From an uncultured Acidobacteriota bacterium (GTDB lineage: Bacteria; Acidobacteriota; Thermoanaerobaculia; Multivoradales; DATKCC01), in the NCBI GenBank assembly GCA_963843755.1, contig CAWJLS010000010.1, positions 289,067 to 353,066 of the forward strand: 64,000 nt of DNA, in the 5' to 3' direction. The number at the start of each line of letters is the position of its first letter. Position 1 is the first letter of the stretch. The translations under genes were made by a program, and so were the position numbers. The notes beneath the pieces are model-generated. The model made no database searches and was not told the DNA's origin. It was given only the letters and a program-made list of their open reading frames with translations. This document shows, piece after piece, positions 17,267 to 26,795 of this stretch.

Positions 17267-20200
17267 GAACGGCGCGCTGGACGATGTGAAAGGGGTCGCG
17301 CGCGGCCTCTACGAGAAGCTGATCGGTGTCAAGCCCGAGCCGGCGGACCCCGGCGTCGCCGCGATCGACACCGGCTCCGGGGCCGTGGCCCGCACCGAGG
17401 CGGCGATCGCCCGCCTGGCCGGTGGCGCGGCCGGTCTCACCGATCCGTCCGGATCGTCGCCCAGGGCTCGACCGGCTCGGACGACGCTGCGGCCGTCTAC
17501 GAGCAGCACCGCGCCGCGACCGGCGGGGCGGCTGTCGTCCTCGAGCGGCCGGGGCTCCCTGGCCGCGGCCGTCGGCCTGGCGTCCGCGGGGATGCGGGCG
17601 ACCGCGTTCCTCTCCGGCCCCGAGCTGGTCGCGGCGGCTGACGCTGCTGGCCTCCGCCGTCGAACCGGCGTCTGCCCCTGGTCGTCCACCTGGACGACCG
17701 GGCAACCGGCGCGTGGGCGGCTCCCGGGGCGCGCTCGAGGCCGCACGGCTCCGGCGCCGTCGTGCTGCTGGCCCGCGACGTCCAGGAGGCGGTCGACCTG
17801 ACCGTCGCCGGCCGGCGCGTGGCCGAGGACGCTCTCCTGCCGGTGGTGGTGACGATCGACGGGGCGGAGACCGCCGCCTCGGTCCAGGACCTGCTGCTGC
17901 CGACGGATGCTCTGCTGCGCTCGTACCTGGGGCGGCCGCGGACATGATCCACCCGCTGACCCGTGCCCAGGAGATGCTCTTCGGCCGCCACCGCCGGCGC
18001 CTGCCCAAGTGGCACGACCCGGCCCGGCCGCTGACCACCGGCACCCTCCACGGCCCGGAGTCGGCGCCGCTCGCGGCCGCGGGCCGCAGCGCCTACCTGG
18101 ACGCCGAGGTGCCGGCCCTGCTCGAGACGGCGCTGGCCGAGCTGGCCCGCCGCACCGGCCGGTCGCTCGAACCGGTCACCGGCCACCGCACCGGCGGGGC
18201 CAAGATCGTCCTGGTCGCCGCGGGCGCGGCGGTCGGCACCGCCGAGGCGGCGGCGGACGGTCTGCGCAAGGAAGGGCTCAAGGTCGGCGTGGTCGGCCTG
18301 CGCAGCCTGGCGCCCCTGCCCGCCTCGCGACTGACGATGCTGCTCGCGGCGCCTGGCGCCGTGGCGGTGCTCGAACGCTCTGCCGGAGCCCTCGGCGGGG
18401 CGAGCGGTTCGGGGGGGCCGGCGGCGACACGGCGCCCCTGATCACCCGGCTGCGCGCCCTCCTGGCCGGCAGCACCGCCGGGGGCGGACCGCGGCTCGTC
18501 TCCGCCCTCTACGGCCTGGGCGGGGCGCCGCTGTGCGGGGCCGACCTGGTGCAGCTCGGCCGGTCGCTGGCCAAGGAGTCGATGCAGGCCTCGTCGTCCA
18601 GGGGGGGGGCGAGGGAGCGCAAGGGGACGGACCAGGCCCTGCCCTCGCCGCTCTTCCTCGGCGTCTCGTTCGCCGGTGACGCCTCGTTTCCCAAGCAGGA
18701 GGTGCTGCTCGACGCCCTGCGCCAGAGCTACCCGGACGCGGCCCGGCTCGGGCTGCGCGGAGCCGGCCCGGTCGACCTGCGGCCGGAGGGCACCGCCGTG
18801 GTCGCCGTCCATCGCCTGGCCGGCGAGGGCGCGGGGATCGCCGCCGACGCGGCCCGGCTGCTTCACGCGACGGCCCTCGCCAAGCACGGCGGGCGGGTGG
18901 CGGCCTACCCGGGGCTCACCTGGGAGCGCTGGGCGGCGCCGGCGGCCGACCGGCTCCAGATCGCCTCCGGCGGTCACCGGGACCGGGGCGGCGCACTGGC
19001 CGACCCGGGCGCCGACGCGCCGGTCGACCTGAGCCTCTGGGCGAGCCCGTCCACTGCGCCGGCCCGCGCCCTGGTCGAGCACCTGGCGGACGGTGCCGCG
19101 CTGATCGTTCCCCGGCGGCTCGGTTCCGCGGCCGGTGCCGCCTCCGACCTGACCGACTGGTGGACCGACCTGCCCGAGGCGGTGCGCACGGCCGTCGCGA
19201 CGAAGGGTGTCCACCTCTACGTGATCGAGATCGAGGCGGAGGCCGCCCTGACCGCGCCGGGCTCTCCGGCTGCGGGCACGGACTCCCTGCTCCTGGGCGC
19301 CCTCCTGGGGGCGCTCCGGGCCGAGGGGCGGTTCGAGGTCAAGGACCGCAAGCTCCTGGAAGCCTTCCGCGCTCTACAGTCCGTCCGCCCGTCGGACGAG
19401 GGGGCCGGCGAGGAAGCAGAACGGCGGTTCCAGACCGGTCTCGAGCGGGTCCGCCGGCTGACCCCGGCCGATCTCTCGGTGCGCCGCCGTCCGGCGCCCG
19501 AGCCCGACCCGGTGCCGGCCGCGGTCCGCCGCCTGGTGACCGCCGGCGCGGCGACCGGAGGGGGACGGGGCCCCCTGCGCGGGGCGCCCGAGACGGTCGA
19601 CAGCCTGCCCCGGTTCTGGGACCAGGTCGGCGTGCTCTACCGCCGGGGCGACGAGGCGCGGCTGACGCCGGACCCCTATCTGGCGACCGGTGCCGTGCCG
19701 GCGCTGGCCGGGTCGCTGCGCCAGGTCGACCGCGGCCGGAGCGTGCTGCCGGCCTTCGAGCCGGCCCTGTGCACCGGCTGTGGGGAGTGCTGGAGCGCCT
19801 GCCCGGACGGGGCGATCGCCCCGGTGGTCCTCGGCGCCGGCCAGCTCCTCGACCAGGCCATGGCGCGGGCGCGCCGGGCCGGCAAGTCGGTCGACGCCCT
19901 GCGCATGGCGGCCTCCAAGATCGCCGCCGGCGTCAACCAGGAGCTGGCCTCCCGGGTCGACACCGAGGCGGGCGGCGATGCCGCGGAGCTGTTCGCCACC
20001 GCGTTCGAGAAGACTCTGGCCAAGATGCCCCTGCCGGACGAGCGCAAGGCCGCGCTGACCGAGGCGTTCGCCGCCGTGCGGGACGAGCTCGAAGGGCTGC
20101 CCGTCTCCCGGACGGCGCCGTTCTTCGGTGCGCCCGAAGGGGAGGTGAAGGGGACCGGCGAGCTGCTCCTGCTGGCGATCGATCCGGACGCCTGCAAGGG

Positions 20201-21884
20201 CTGCGGCGTCTGCGTGGCGGCGTGCGAGCCGGAGGCGCTCCGGACGGCTGCCGACTCGGCCGACCGCACCCGTGCCGCCCGCGCCCTCTGGCGGCGGCTC
20301 GAGGAGCTGCCCGAGGCGAGCCCCGAGACCGTCGGGCGCGCTCGCCTCAGCGAGGACGTGGGTCCGCTCGCCGGAGCCCTGCTGGCCAAGGCCTCCCGCG
20401 AGGTGGTCGCCGCGGCCGACGGCGCCGAGCCCGGATCGGGCGCGACGCTCGCCGTGCGCCAGGCCCTGGCGGCGGCCGCCTACCACCTGACGGTCGCCCC
20501 CGAGGCGGCCCGCCCGGCCCGCCTGGCCGCGATCGATGCCCTGCGCGAGGAGCTCGCCGGGGCGATCCACGACGGCCTCGCCCGGGCGTTGCCCGACCGC
20601 GACCTCGACGCCCTGGCCCTGGGCCTGGGCACGCTCCAGCGCCCCGAGGCCGATCTCGCGGAGCTGACCTCCCGGGTCGAAGGCGCCCTCGAAGGCGACC
20701 GGGTCGACGTGGCCCGCCTGCGCCGGCTGGTCGATGCCGCCCGCCGTCTGGCCGACCTGCGGTTCCGCCTGGGTGGCTCCGAGGCGGAGGAGGGCCGTCC
20801 CGGGTCCGGCTCCGGGCCCGCACCGCTCAGTCTCGTCCTGGCCGGCCGCGTGGCGGCCTGGGGCGGGGCGTTCCCGTACACCCCGTTCGCGGTGCCGGTG
20901 AGCGTCGACGCCACCGGCGACGCCGTCGGCGTCGCCCGCGGTCTGCTCGAGGGCGGCCTGGCCGAGACGGTCGAGCTGGCGCGGGCCGAGCGCCGGGCGC
21001 GCATCGAGCTCGCCGCCAGGACCCCGTCCGAGGCGGCGAAGGCCGCCGACGAGGTCCGCCGCCTGGCCGATCTCTCCTGGCGCGACCTGGACGCGGCGGA
21101 GCGTGCGCTCTGCCCGCCGGTCGTGGTGGTGGCGAGCGAGGACGAGCTCCTGGCCGACGATCCGGGCGGTCTGGCCGACCTGCTGGCTGGCGACCTGCCG
21201 GTCAAGGTCGTGCTGCTCACTCCGCACTCGGACGTCTCGACCGATCGCTCCGGTCGCGGGCCCCACTGGCCCCACTGGTTGACTTGGGCCGGCCACCCGA
21301 ACGCCGTGGTGGCCCAGAGCTCGGTCGGCGCGGGCGATCACCTGGAGGCCGCGACCGCCGCCGCCCTGGCGTTCGACGGCCCGGCGCTGCTGCGGGTGCA
21401 CGCGCCGGAGCCCTCGCGGGGCGGCTTCGCGGCCGACAAAACCCTCGGGCAGGCCCGGGAGGCGGTGGCGACGCGGGCCTTCCCGCTGTTCGTCAGCCGG
21501 CCCGGCTCGGCTTTACGAGATGGGCGAGATGGGCGGGACGGGGCGGACGGGCTGCCGACCCTCGACCTCTCCGGCAACCCGGAGGCCGACCCCCCGGACG
21601 ATTCCGCGGCCGTGCGCGCCTGGCGGCTGCTCCGTCACCGGGCCGGTGCCGACGAGGCGTTCGCCGCCGCGGCGGCCGCCGCCGACGAGAGCGCGCGGGC
21701 CGAGCAGGAGCGACGGGATCACGAGCAGGAGATCGCCGCGCTCCGCGCTGACTACGAGCAGCGCCTCGCCGACGCCCGAGCCACGACCCAGGTGGAGATG
21801 GCGCGGCGGGTGCGCAACAAGCTCCTCGCCGTGGCGGCCCACCGGGCGGAGTCCGGTGCGCAGTCGGCGGAGGAGCGGCGATGA
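17259..21884 (+). pseudogene. full-length PFOR paralog with lost catalytic motifs; its first 1.2 kb is broken by at least 5 frame changes
   Basis: Collinear with the PFOR at 11140-16204 across all domains. Homologous segments sit in different frames: 17259-~17450 (frame of 17259), ~17450-17553 (-1 shift), ~17555-17640, ~17667-17932, 17932-18417, then 18420-21884 as one uninterrupted frame. Three junctions (17553, 17930, 18415) fall clearly in G-runs (GGGG, GGGG, GGGGGGG). The ferredoxin motifs are retained (CTGCGECWSACP, CKGCGVCVAACE). TPP and proximal-cluster motifs are lost (AADGAEPGSGATL for GGDGSCMGCGEKT; VVVVASEDELLADD for VVVIGGDGAMLDIG). The start overlaps the rnfB stop by 8 nt and the stop overlaps the rnfC ATG (ATGA). 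Confidence 0.75.
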
Positions 21885-23320
21885 ACGTCATCCAGCCCAG
21901 CTTCCGCCACGGCATCCATCCGCGCGAGCACAAGGAGGCGACCGAGCACCTGCCGATCGCCCGGATGCCGTTCGTCCCGCTCTACGTCCTGCCGCTCTCG
22001 CAGCACACCGGCGCTCCCTGCAAGCCGGTGGTGCAGGCCGGCGACCGGGTCGAGCGGGGGCAGGTCGTCGCCGAGGCGGGCGGGTTCGTCTCCATGACGC
22101 TCCACGCCCCGGTCACCGGGGTCGTCAGCGCCGTCGGCCAGCGCACCCATCCGTCGGGGCGGCTCGCACCCGCGATCGAGATCGAGGCGGACCCGTTCTC
22201 GACCCAGGAGATCGTCCCCCAGCGGCCGGCCGGCGCGCCGGCGCCGGAGGAGCTCTCCACCGACCAGTTCGTCGCCGAGATCCAGCGCGCCGGCCTGGTC
22301 GGCATGGGCGGGGCGGCCTTCCCGACCCACGTCAAGTACAAGCCGCCCGAGGGCAAGGTGGTGCGCCGCCTGGTGCTCAACGGCTGCGAGTGCGAGCCGT
22401 TCCTGACCAGCGACCACCGGGTGATGGTCGAGCGCCCCGAGGCGATCATCCGCGGCGCCGAGATCGTCGCCCGCCACCTGGGGGTCGAGGAGGTGGTGAT
22501 CGGCGTCGAGCTCAACAAGCCGGACGCGATCCGGGTGCTCCATGAGGCCGTCGACGCCCGTCCTCCCCTGGTGCTCCAGGCCCCGTCCGCCGGCAGGTCC
22601 GGCGCCGACTCGCCCAAGACCGTGCCGATCCGGGTCGTGCCGCTCAAGGTCAAGTACCCCCAGGGCGCCGAGAAGATGCTCATCCGGGCGATCTACGGCG
22701 AGGAGGTGCCGTCCGGCGGCCTGCCCCTCGACGTGGGCGCGGTGGTCAACAACGTCGGCACCATGGCGGCCGTGGCCGACTGGTTCGACCGCGGGATTCC
22801 GCTGATCGAGCGCATCGTCACCGTCGCCGGCCCGGGCATCGAGCGGCCGGCCAACCTGCTGGTCCCCGTCGGCACGCCGGTGCGCGCCGTGCTCGACCAC
22901 TGCGGTCTCGACCACGACACCCGCGAGGTGGTCATGGGCGGGCCGATGATGGGGCAGCCGCTGGCCAGCCTCGACGTGCCGGTGCTCAAGGGCACCTCCG
23001 GGCTGCTCGCCTTCACCGAGACCGAGACCCTGGTGCCGCGGGAGTACACCTGCATCAAGTGCGGCCGCTGTGTCGAGGCGTGCCCGCAGTTCCTCAACCC
23101 GTCGCGCCTGGCGAAGCTCGCCCGGGCCGGCCGGTGGGAGGACATCGAGGCCTACTCGGTGATGGACTGCGTCGAGTGCGGATCGTGTAGCTACTCTTGC
23201 CCCTCCGGCATCCCCATCGTCCAGCTCATCCGGGTCGCCAAGTCGAGCCTGCGCGAGCAGAAGGCGAAGGAGAAGGCGGAGCGGGCGCGGGTGGCCGAGG
23301 CGGCGGAGAAGGCCTCGTAG
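21881..23320 (+). CDS. rnfC: Rnf electron transport complex subunit C
   Basis: GLVGMGGAAFPTHVKY, LNGCECEPFLTSDHR, and two 4Fe-4S motifs CIKCGRCVEACP and CVECGSCSYSCP. Confidence 0.92.
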   Translation: MNVIQPSFRHGIHPREHKEATEHLPIARMPFVPLYVLPLSQHTGAPCKPVVQAGDRVERGQVVAEAGGFVSMTLHAPVTGVVSAVGQRTHPSGRLAPAIEIEADPFSTQEIVPQRPAGAPAPEELSTDQFVAEIQRAGLVGMGGAAFPTHVKYKPPEGKVVRRLVLNGCECEPFLTSDHRVMVERPEAIIRGAEIVARHLGVEEVVIGVELNKPDAIRVLHEAVDARPPLVLQAPSAGRSGADSPKTVPIRVVPLKVKYPQGAEKMLIRAIYGEEVPSGGLPLDVGAVVNNVGTMAAVADWFDRGIPLIERIVTVAGPGIERPANLLVPVGTPVRAVLDHCGLDHDTREVVMGGPMMGQPLASLDVPVLKGTSGLLAFTETETLVPREYTCIKCGRCVEACPQFLNPSRLAKLARAGRWEDIEAYSVMDCVECGSCSYSCPSGIPIVQLIRVAKSSLREQKAKEKAERARVAEAAEKAS

Positions 23321-23442
23321 CCCGGCCGGAACGCCGGAATGGACGACTCGAACCATGGTTTCGGGGTGGCAGGGGGGATTGGGGATGTCGATGGACGGAG
23401 AGCGGATGTCGTGGCTGGGCTCAGGGCCGGGGAGGTGCGCCG

Positions 23443-24504
23443 ATGAGCGCCCGTGAGCCCCGCCTGCTGGTGCAGACCTCGCCCTTCCTGCGCGAGGGGG
23501 TGACCACTCCCGGGCTGATGGGCGACGTGCTGATCGCCGTCCTGCCGGTGTTCGCCGTGTCGCTCTGGGTGTTCGGCCTGTCGTCGCTGCTGGTGGTGAC
23601 GGCGGCGACCGCCGGCGCGGTCGGCACGGAGTGGCTGTTCACCAAGCCGCCGCGGTCCGTCACCGGACAGCGAGGCCGGCGCGGCGAGAGCCTGAAGAAC
23701 GGCAGCGCCCTGCTCACCGGCGTGCTCCTGGGACTGACCCTGCCGCCCGCCTTCCCGCTCTGGATGGCGGTGATCGGCGGCGCGGTCGGTATCGCCCTGG
23801 GCAAGCTGATCTGGGGCGGCCTGGGCAACAACCTGTTCAACCCGGCGCTGGTCGGCCGCGCCTTCCTCCAGGCCGCGTTCCCGATCGCCATCACCACCTG
23901 GGCGCCCCCCGGCGGCCGGCTGACGGTGCACGCCTCGAACCTGACCCCGCCGTTCATGCACCCCGCCGCGGACGCGGTCACCGCCGCGACACCGCTCAAC
24001 CTGATGAAGTTCGAGCACCACGCGACCGCCCTCGGCCAGCTCTTCGGCGGCCAGGTCGCCGGCTCCCTGGGGGAGACCAGCGCGGCGGCGATCCTGCTCG
24101 GCCTCGCCTGGCTGATCGCGCGCCGGGCCTGCGACTGGCGCATCCCGGTGAGCATCCTGGGGACGGTGGCGGTCTTCACCAGCGTGCTCTGGGCGATCTC
24201 GCCGGACCGCTACGCGTCGCCGCTGTTCATGCTCATGTCGGGCGGGCTGCTGTTCGGCACCACCTACATGGCGACCGACCCGGTGACCTCGCCGCTGGCG
24301 CCGCGCGGCGCCTGGATCTTCGGCGCCGGCATCGGCGTGCTGGTGGTGCTGATCCGCACCTGGGGCGGCCTGCCCGAAGGTGTGATGTACGCCATCCTGC
24401 TGATGAACTCGGCGACGCCGCTGATCGAACGCGCCACCCAGCCGCGGGCGTTCGGTCACGGCCGGCCGGCGAAGGGCGCGGGCCAGGGAGGGGGCAAGTC
24501 ATGA
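23443..24504 (+). CDS. rnfD: Rnf electron transport complex subunit D
   Basis: Polytopic membrane protein with ...NLFNPALVGRAFL...TGATPL-like...FGTTYMATDPVTSP (FMN attachment region). ATG 23443 has GGAGG 8 nt upstream. Confidence 0.92.
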   Translation: MSAREPRLLVQTSPFLREGVTTPGLMGDVLIAVLPVFAVSLWVFGLSSLLVVTAATAGAVGTEWLFTKPPRSVTGQRGRRGESLKNGSALLTGVLLGLTLPPAFPLWMAVIGGAVGIALGKLIWGGLGNNLFNPALVGRAFLQAAFPIAITTWAPPGGRLTVHASNLTPPFMHPAADAVTAATPLNLMKFEHHATALGQLFGGQVAGSLGETSAAAILLGLAWLIARRACDWRIPVSILGTVAVFTSVLWAISPDRYASPLFMLMSGGLLFGTTYMATDPVTSPLAPRGAWIFGAGIGVLVVLIRTWGGLPEGVMYAILLMNSATPLIERATQPRAFGHGRPAKGAGQGGGKS

Positions 24505-25289
24505 GCGAGATCGGCCAGGAGACCGGCCACGAGACCGCCAGCGCGACCGGCCATGACTCCGCCAAGGCGGCCGGAGAGCGGCGCGGGTTCCAGATGCCGG
24601 AGACGCCGCGCCTCGTGCTCACTCTCTGCCTGGCGGGGCTGCTGTCGGGGCTGACCATCGTCGGCGCCTACCGGCTGACCCTGCCGGTCATCCAGGAGAA
24701 CCACGCCCGGGCGTTGCGCGAGGCGGTGTTCGAGGTGGTGCCCGGCTCGGAGCGGATGCAGCGGCTGGTGATCGAGGGCGAGGGCGCCGCCGCGCACCTG
24801 GTGCCCGCCGCCGGCGTGCTCGGCGAGGAGCCGTCCGTCTACGGCGCCTATGCCGCCGACGGCCACTTCGTCGGCTACGCCATCCCGGCCGAAGGGCCCG
24901 GCTTCCAGGACACGATCCGGCTGATCTACGGCTTCGACCCGGGCAAGCAGAGGATCGTCGGCATGTCGGTGCTCGAGAGCCGGGAGACCCCGGGCCTGGG
25001 CGACCGGATCTACAAGGACCAGAGCTTCGTCGACCAGTTCGACGACCTGGCGGTGGCGCCGCCGGTGCAGCTCGTCAAGGAGACGCCGACCTCGCCGAAC
25101 CAGGTGGATGCGATCACCGGTGCCACGATCTCGTCGACGGCGGTGGTCAACATCGTCCGGCGGAGCAACGAGACGTGGCTGGACAAGCTGCCGCCGGCGG
25201 ACCAGGCTCCGGCGCTGACGGAGACGCCCCCGGCGGGCGACGGCGCGACGACGGACAAGGGCGGTCCGATCCCGGGAGGCAAGTCGTGA
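24501..25289 (+). CDS. rnfG: Rnf electron transport complex subunit G (FMN-binding)
   Basis: N-terminal TM, ...ETPGLGDRI...VDAITGATISSTAV. ATGA overlap with the rnfD stop. Confidence 0.9.
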   Translation: MSEIGQETGHETASATGHDSAKAAGERRGFQMPETPRLVLTLCLAGLLSGLTIVGAYRLTLPVIQENHARALREAVFEVVPGSERMQRLVIEGEGAAAHLVPAAGVLGEEPSVYGAYAADGHFVGYAIPAEGPGFQDTIRLIYGFDPGKQRIVGMSVLESRETPGLGDRIYKDQSFVDQFDDLAVAPPVQLVKETPTSPNQVDAITGATISSTAVVNIVRRSNETWLDKLPPADQAPALTETPPAGDGATTDKGGPIPGGKS

Positions 25290-25336
25290 GAGAGAGGGGA
25301 GCGAGAGTGGACGTCGAGACGCGGGAGGAGAGGTAG

Positions 25337-26011
25337 ATGGCGGCACCCGGCAAAGAGCCCGGCGAAGTCTACGCGGAGTTCGTCAAGGGGCTGTGGAAAG
25401 AGAACCCGGTCTTCGTCCAGGTGCTCGGCATGTGCCCGTCCCTGGCGGTGACCAACTCGGCCATCAACGGGATGGCCATGGGCGGGGCGACGCTGTTCGT
25501 GCTGGTCATGTCGTCGCTTCTCGTCTCGTTGCTGCGCAACTGGATTCCGAAGGCGGTCCGGATCTCCACCTACATCATCGTCATCGCCACCTTCGTCACC
25601 GTGGCGGACTTCACCCTCCAGGCGGTGGCGCCGGCGGTCCACCGGGAGCTCGGCGCGTTCATCTCCCTGATCGTGGTCAACTGCGTGATCCTCGGCCGGC
25701 AGGAGGCGTTCGCGGCCAAGAACCGGGTGGGCCTGGCGGTGGTCGACGCGCTCGGCATGGGCGGCGGTTTCGCCTTCGCCCTGATCCTCCTGGGCGCGGC
25801 CCGCGAGATCCTCGGCAAGGGGTCGCTGTTCGGCGTCTCGCTGTTCGGCGCGTCGTACGAGCCCTGGGTCGTGATGATCCTGCCGCCGGGCGGCTTCCTC
25901 ATGCTGGGCGTGATCCTGCTGGTCTTCGCCTCGGTCGCCGAAGGGCGCAAGAAGCTGGCCGCCAAGGCGAGCGGCGACTCCACCGCGAGCGAGAAGGAGG
26001 AGGCAGCCTGA
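25337..26011 (+). CDS. rnfE: Rnf electron transport complex subunit E
   Basis: GLWKENPVFVQVLGMCPSLAVT...SLIVVNCVILGRQEAFA, typical of the RnfE/NqrD family. Confidence 0.92.
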   Translation: MAAPGKEPGEVYAEFVKGLWKENPVFVQVLGMCPSLAVTNSAINGMAMGGATLFVLVMSSLLVSLLRNWIPKAVRISTYIIVIATFVTVADFTLQAVAPAVHRELGAFISLIVVNCVILGRQEAFAAKNRVGLAVVDALGMGGGFAFALILLGAAREILGKGSLFGVSLFGASYEPWVVMILPPGGFLMLGVILLVFASVAEGRKKLAAKASGDSTASEKEEAA

Positions 26012-26601
26012 TGGCGAACCTGAGCACGCTGGCCTGGATCTTCATCTCGGCGCTCCTGGTCAACAACTTCACGCTCTCCTACTTTCTCGGCCTGTGCCCG
26101 TTCTTCGGCGTGTCGGGCAAGCTGGTGACGGCGTTCCGGCTGGGGCTGGCGAACATCTTCGTCATGCTGATCACGTCGTTCTCGGCCTGGGTGCTGGACA
26201 CCTTCGTCCTGGTCCACGCGCCGTACCTCCAACTGATCAGCTTCATCGTCGTGATCGCCTCGACGGTGCAGTTCGTCGAGATGGTGATCCGCAAGCTCTC
26301 TCCGGCGCTCTTCCGGGCGCTCGGCATTTTCCTGCCGCTGATCACGACCAACTGCGCGATCCTGGCGCTGGCGCTGTTCCAGACCAGCCGGGGCTACGGG
26401 CTGATCCAGGGCCTGGTGTTCTCCCTCGGCGCCGGCATGGGGCTGACGCTGGCTCTCGTGCTGATGGCGGGTCTGCGGGAGGAGGCGGAGCTCTCGGACA
26501 TCCCGAGCCTGATCCGGGGGACGGCGATGAACCTGCTCATCGCCGGGATCTTGTCGCTGGCGTTCATGGGGTTCGCCGGCCTGTTCAGCCCGACCTCGTG
26601 A
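26011..26601 (+). CDS. rnfA: Rnf electron transport complex subunit A
   Basis: LVNNFTLSYFLGLCPFFGVS...GIFLPLITTNCAILALAL, RnfA/NqrE family. TGATG overlap with rnfE. Confidence 0.92.
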   Translation: MANLSTLAWIFISALLVNNFTLSYFLGLCPFFGVSGKLVTAFRLGLANIFVMLITSFSAWVLDTFVLVHAPYLQLISFIVVIASTVQFVEMVIRKLSPALFRALGIFLPLITTNCAILALALFQTSRGYGLIQGLVFSLGAGMGLTLALVLMAGLREEAELSDIPSLIRGTAMNLLIAGILSLAFMGFAGLFSPTS

Positions 26602-26772
26602 TGCACGACCTCGCCGCCATCGCCCTGCTCGCGGCCGCCTGCGGCGGCTGGGTGGCGCTCCAGCGCTGGATCGGGCGCGTCGATCCGGAGATCCCGGGGA
26701 TTCAGCGGAGCTGCTCGGGGTGCTCTGTGCCGGGGGCGGGGGGGAGGCTTGTGGTGGAGGGTGCAGCGTGCC

Positions 26773-26795
26773 GGGGGGCGGGGCGGGCGGGAGGG
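26773..26795 (+). other. canonical G-quadruplex motif (five G-tracts with 1-nt loops) downstream of rnfA
   Basis: GGGGGG C GGGG C GGG C GGG A GGG at 26773-26795. A further G5-C-G7 run lies at 26732-26744. Confidence 0.5.

Noticed and set aside
17907-18419. The first ~170 codons of ORF 17907..21884 as a genuine N-terminus
   Set aside because: The translation is Arg/Gly/Pro junk. The PFOR-homologous, GC3-biased reading over this interval is in the frame of ORF 17326..18441 (MIHPLTRAQEMLFG...AVAVLERS).
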